Source of the DNA: Macrostomum hystrix
Taxonomy: Eukaryota > Animalia > Platyhelminthes
Length of the DNA stretch: 64,000 bases
Direction of reading: 5' to 3'
Assembly (NCBI GenBank): GCA_950097015.1
Contig: CATNEN010000005.1
Span: forward strand, 2,046,001-2,110,000
Shown piece after piece: positions 63,169-64,000 of the stretch. Numbering within the stretch: position 1 is the first letter of the stretch; each line of letters begins with the position of its first letter. A program made the position numbers and the translations under genes. Under the pieces are notes generated by a model that saw nothing but the letters and a program-made list of their open reading frames with translations, was not told the origin of the DNA and searched no databases.

Positions 63169-63651
63169 ACTCAGAAAAGGAGTAGATAAATATTCAGATA
63201 TATGTCATTTTCTGATTATAGAAAGTGTGAGCCCATTGCAGAAACTCAATCTGTAAAGACGAAGAGTGGAGCAGTGGAGGAGATAAATTAAGAGGCTGAG
63301 AATGGAGGAAGAAAACTCATAGGCAAATCAGCAACCGTGGCAGATGGGATGCCCTGAAGAATTGCTTTAATTAAGTCGGGTCGGGGCCAACCGATAAAGT
63401 AGCCGCTTTGGTGAAGCAAAAACAGACTTTGCGATTGGACTCTACTTGAAGCAGCGACGGTTTCTGAGATTCAACTGGAAACTTCATTGCCAATCTCAAG
63501 ACTCCCTATTTCCCACTGCTACTTTTGCTTTGCTTCCCCATCAGCATTTTCTGCGGTAGCAAGATAGAAAGCTGTGGAGGAACTCCTTTTTTCGACTTTG
63601 TGATTTCAGCAACATTAATGTTTCTTCAAGAATGCCAAGCTTCAAAGCAAC

Positions 63652-64000
63652 ATCAGAGGGAGAGTATCTGAGGGAGAGTATCTGAGGGAGAGTATCTAAG
63701 GGAGAGTATCTGAGGGAGAGTATCTGAGGGAGAGTATCTGAGGGAGATTATCTGAGGGAGAGTATCTAAGGGAGAGTATCTGAGGGAGAGTATCTGAGGG
63801 AGAGTATCTGAGGGCGAGTATCTGAGGGAGAGTATCTGAGGGAGAGTATCTAAGGGAGAGTATCTAAGGGAGAGTATCTGAGGGAGAGTATCTGAGGGAG
63901 AGTATCTGAGGGAGATTATCTGAGGGAGAGTATCTGAGGGAGAGTATCTGAGGGCGAGTATCTGAGGGAGAGTATCTGAGGGAGAGTATCTGAGGGAGAT
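63652..64000 (-). repeat. Same 14-bp satellite in inverted orientation, running off the window
   Basis: (GAGGGAGAGTATCT)n. Confidence 0.95.

Noticed and set aside
63169-63651. Coding exon in the spacer between the inverted arrays
   Set aside because: The frames I translated are interrupted by stops and show no recognisable domain; the track lists no ORF here.

Overview
Eukaryotic (animal) genomic DNA: GC-rich exons, AT-rich GT-AG introns, and roughly a third of the window in tandem repeats. The style resembles a free-living flatworm such as Macrostomum, but that is inference only. Spliced genes reconstructed by hand with consistent intron phases: two tandem METTL27-like SAM-dependent methyltransferases (minus), SAM synthetase (MAT), NUS1, adenosine kinase, a myosin-19-like motor (minus) and a GH47 alpha-1,2-mannosidase. 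Two candidate novel small genes: a 188-aa ORF that resembles a condensed PBX PBC domain with no homeodomain, and a spliced 106-aa orphan head-to-head with the myosin. Mobile DNA: six copies of a tRNA-headed SINE, two hAT MITEs (8-bp TSDs) carrying an internal minisatellite that has expanded about five-fold in one copy, a solo LTR with a 5-bp TSD, a decayed Crypton-like element plus a related fragment interrupted by a Tc1/IS630 transposase remnant, small MITEs, and a foldback-like inverted satellite at the right end. Most larger introns carry their own minisatellite. No rRNA, intact tRNA or CRISPR array was seen.
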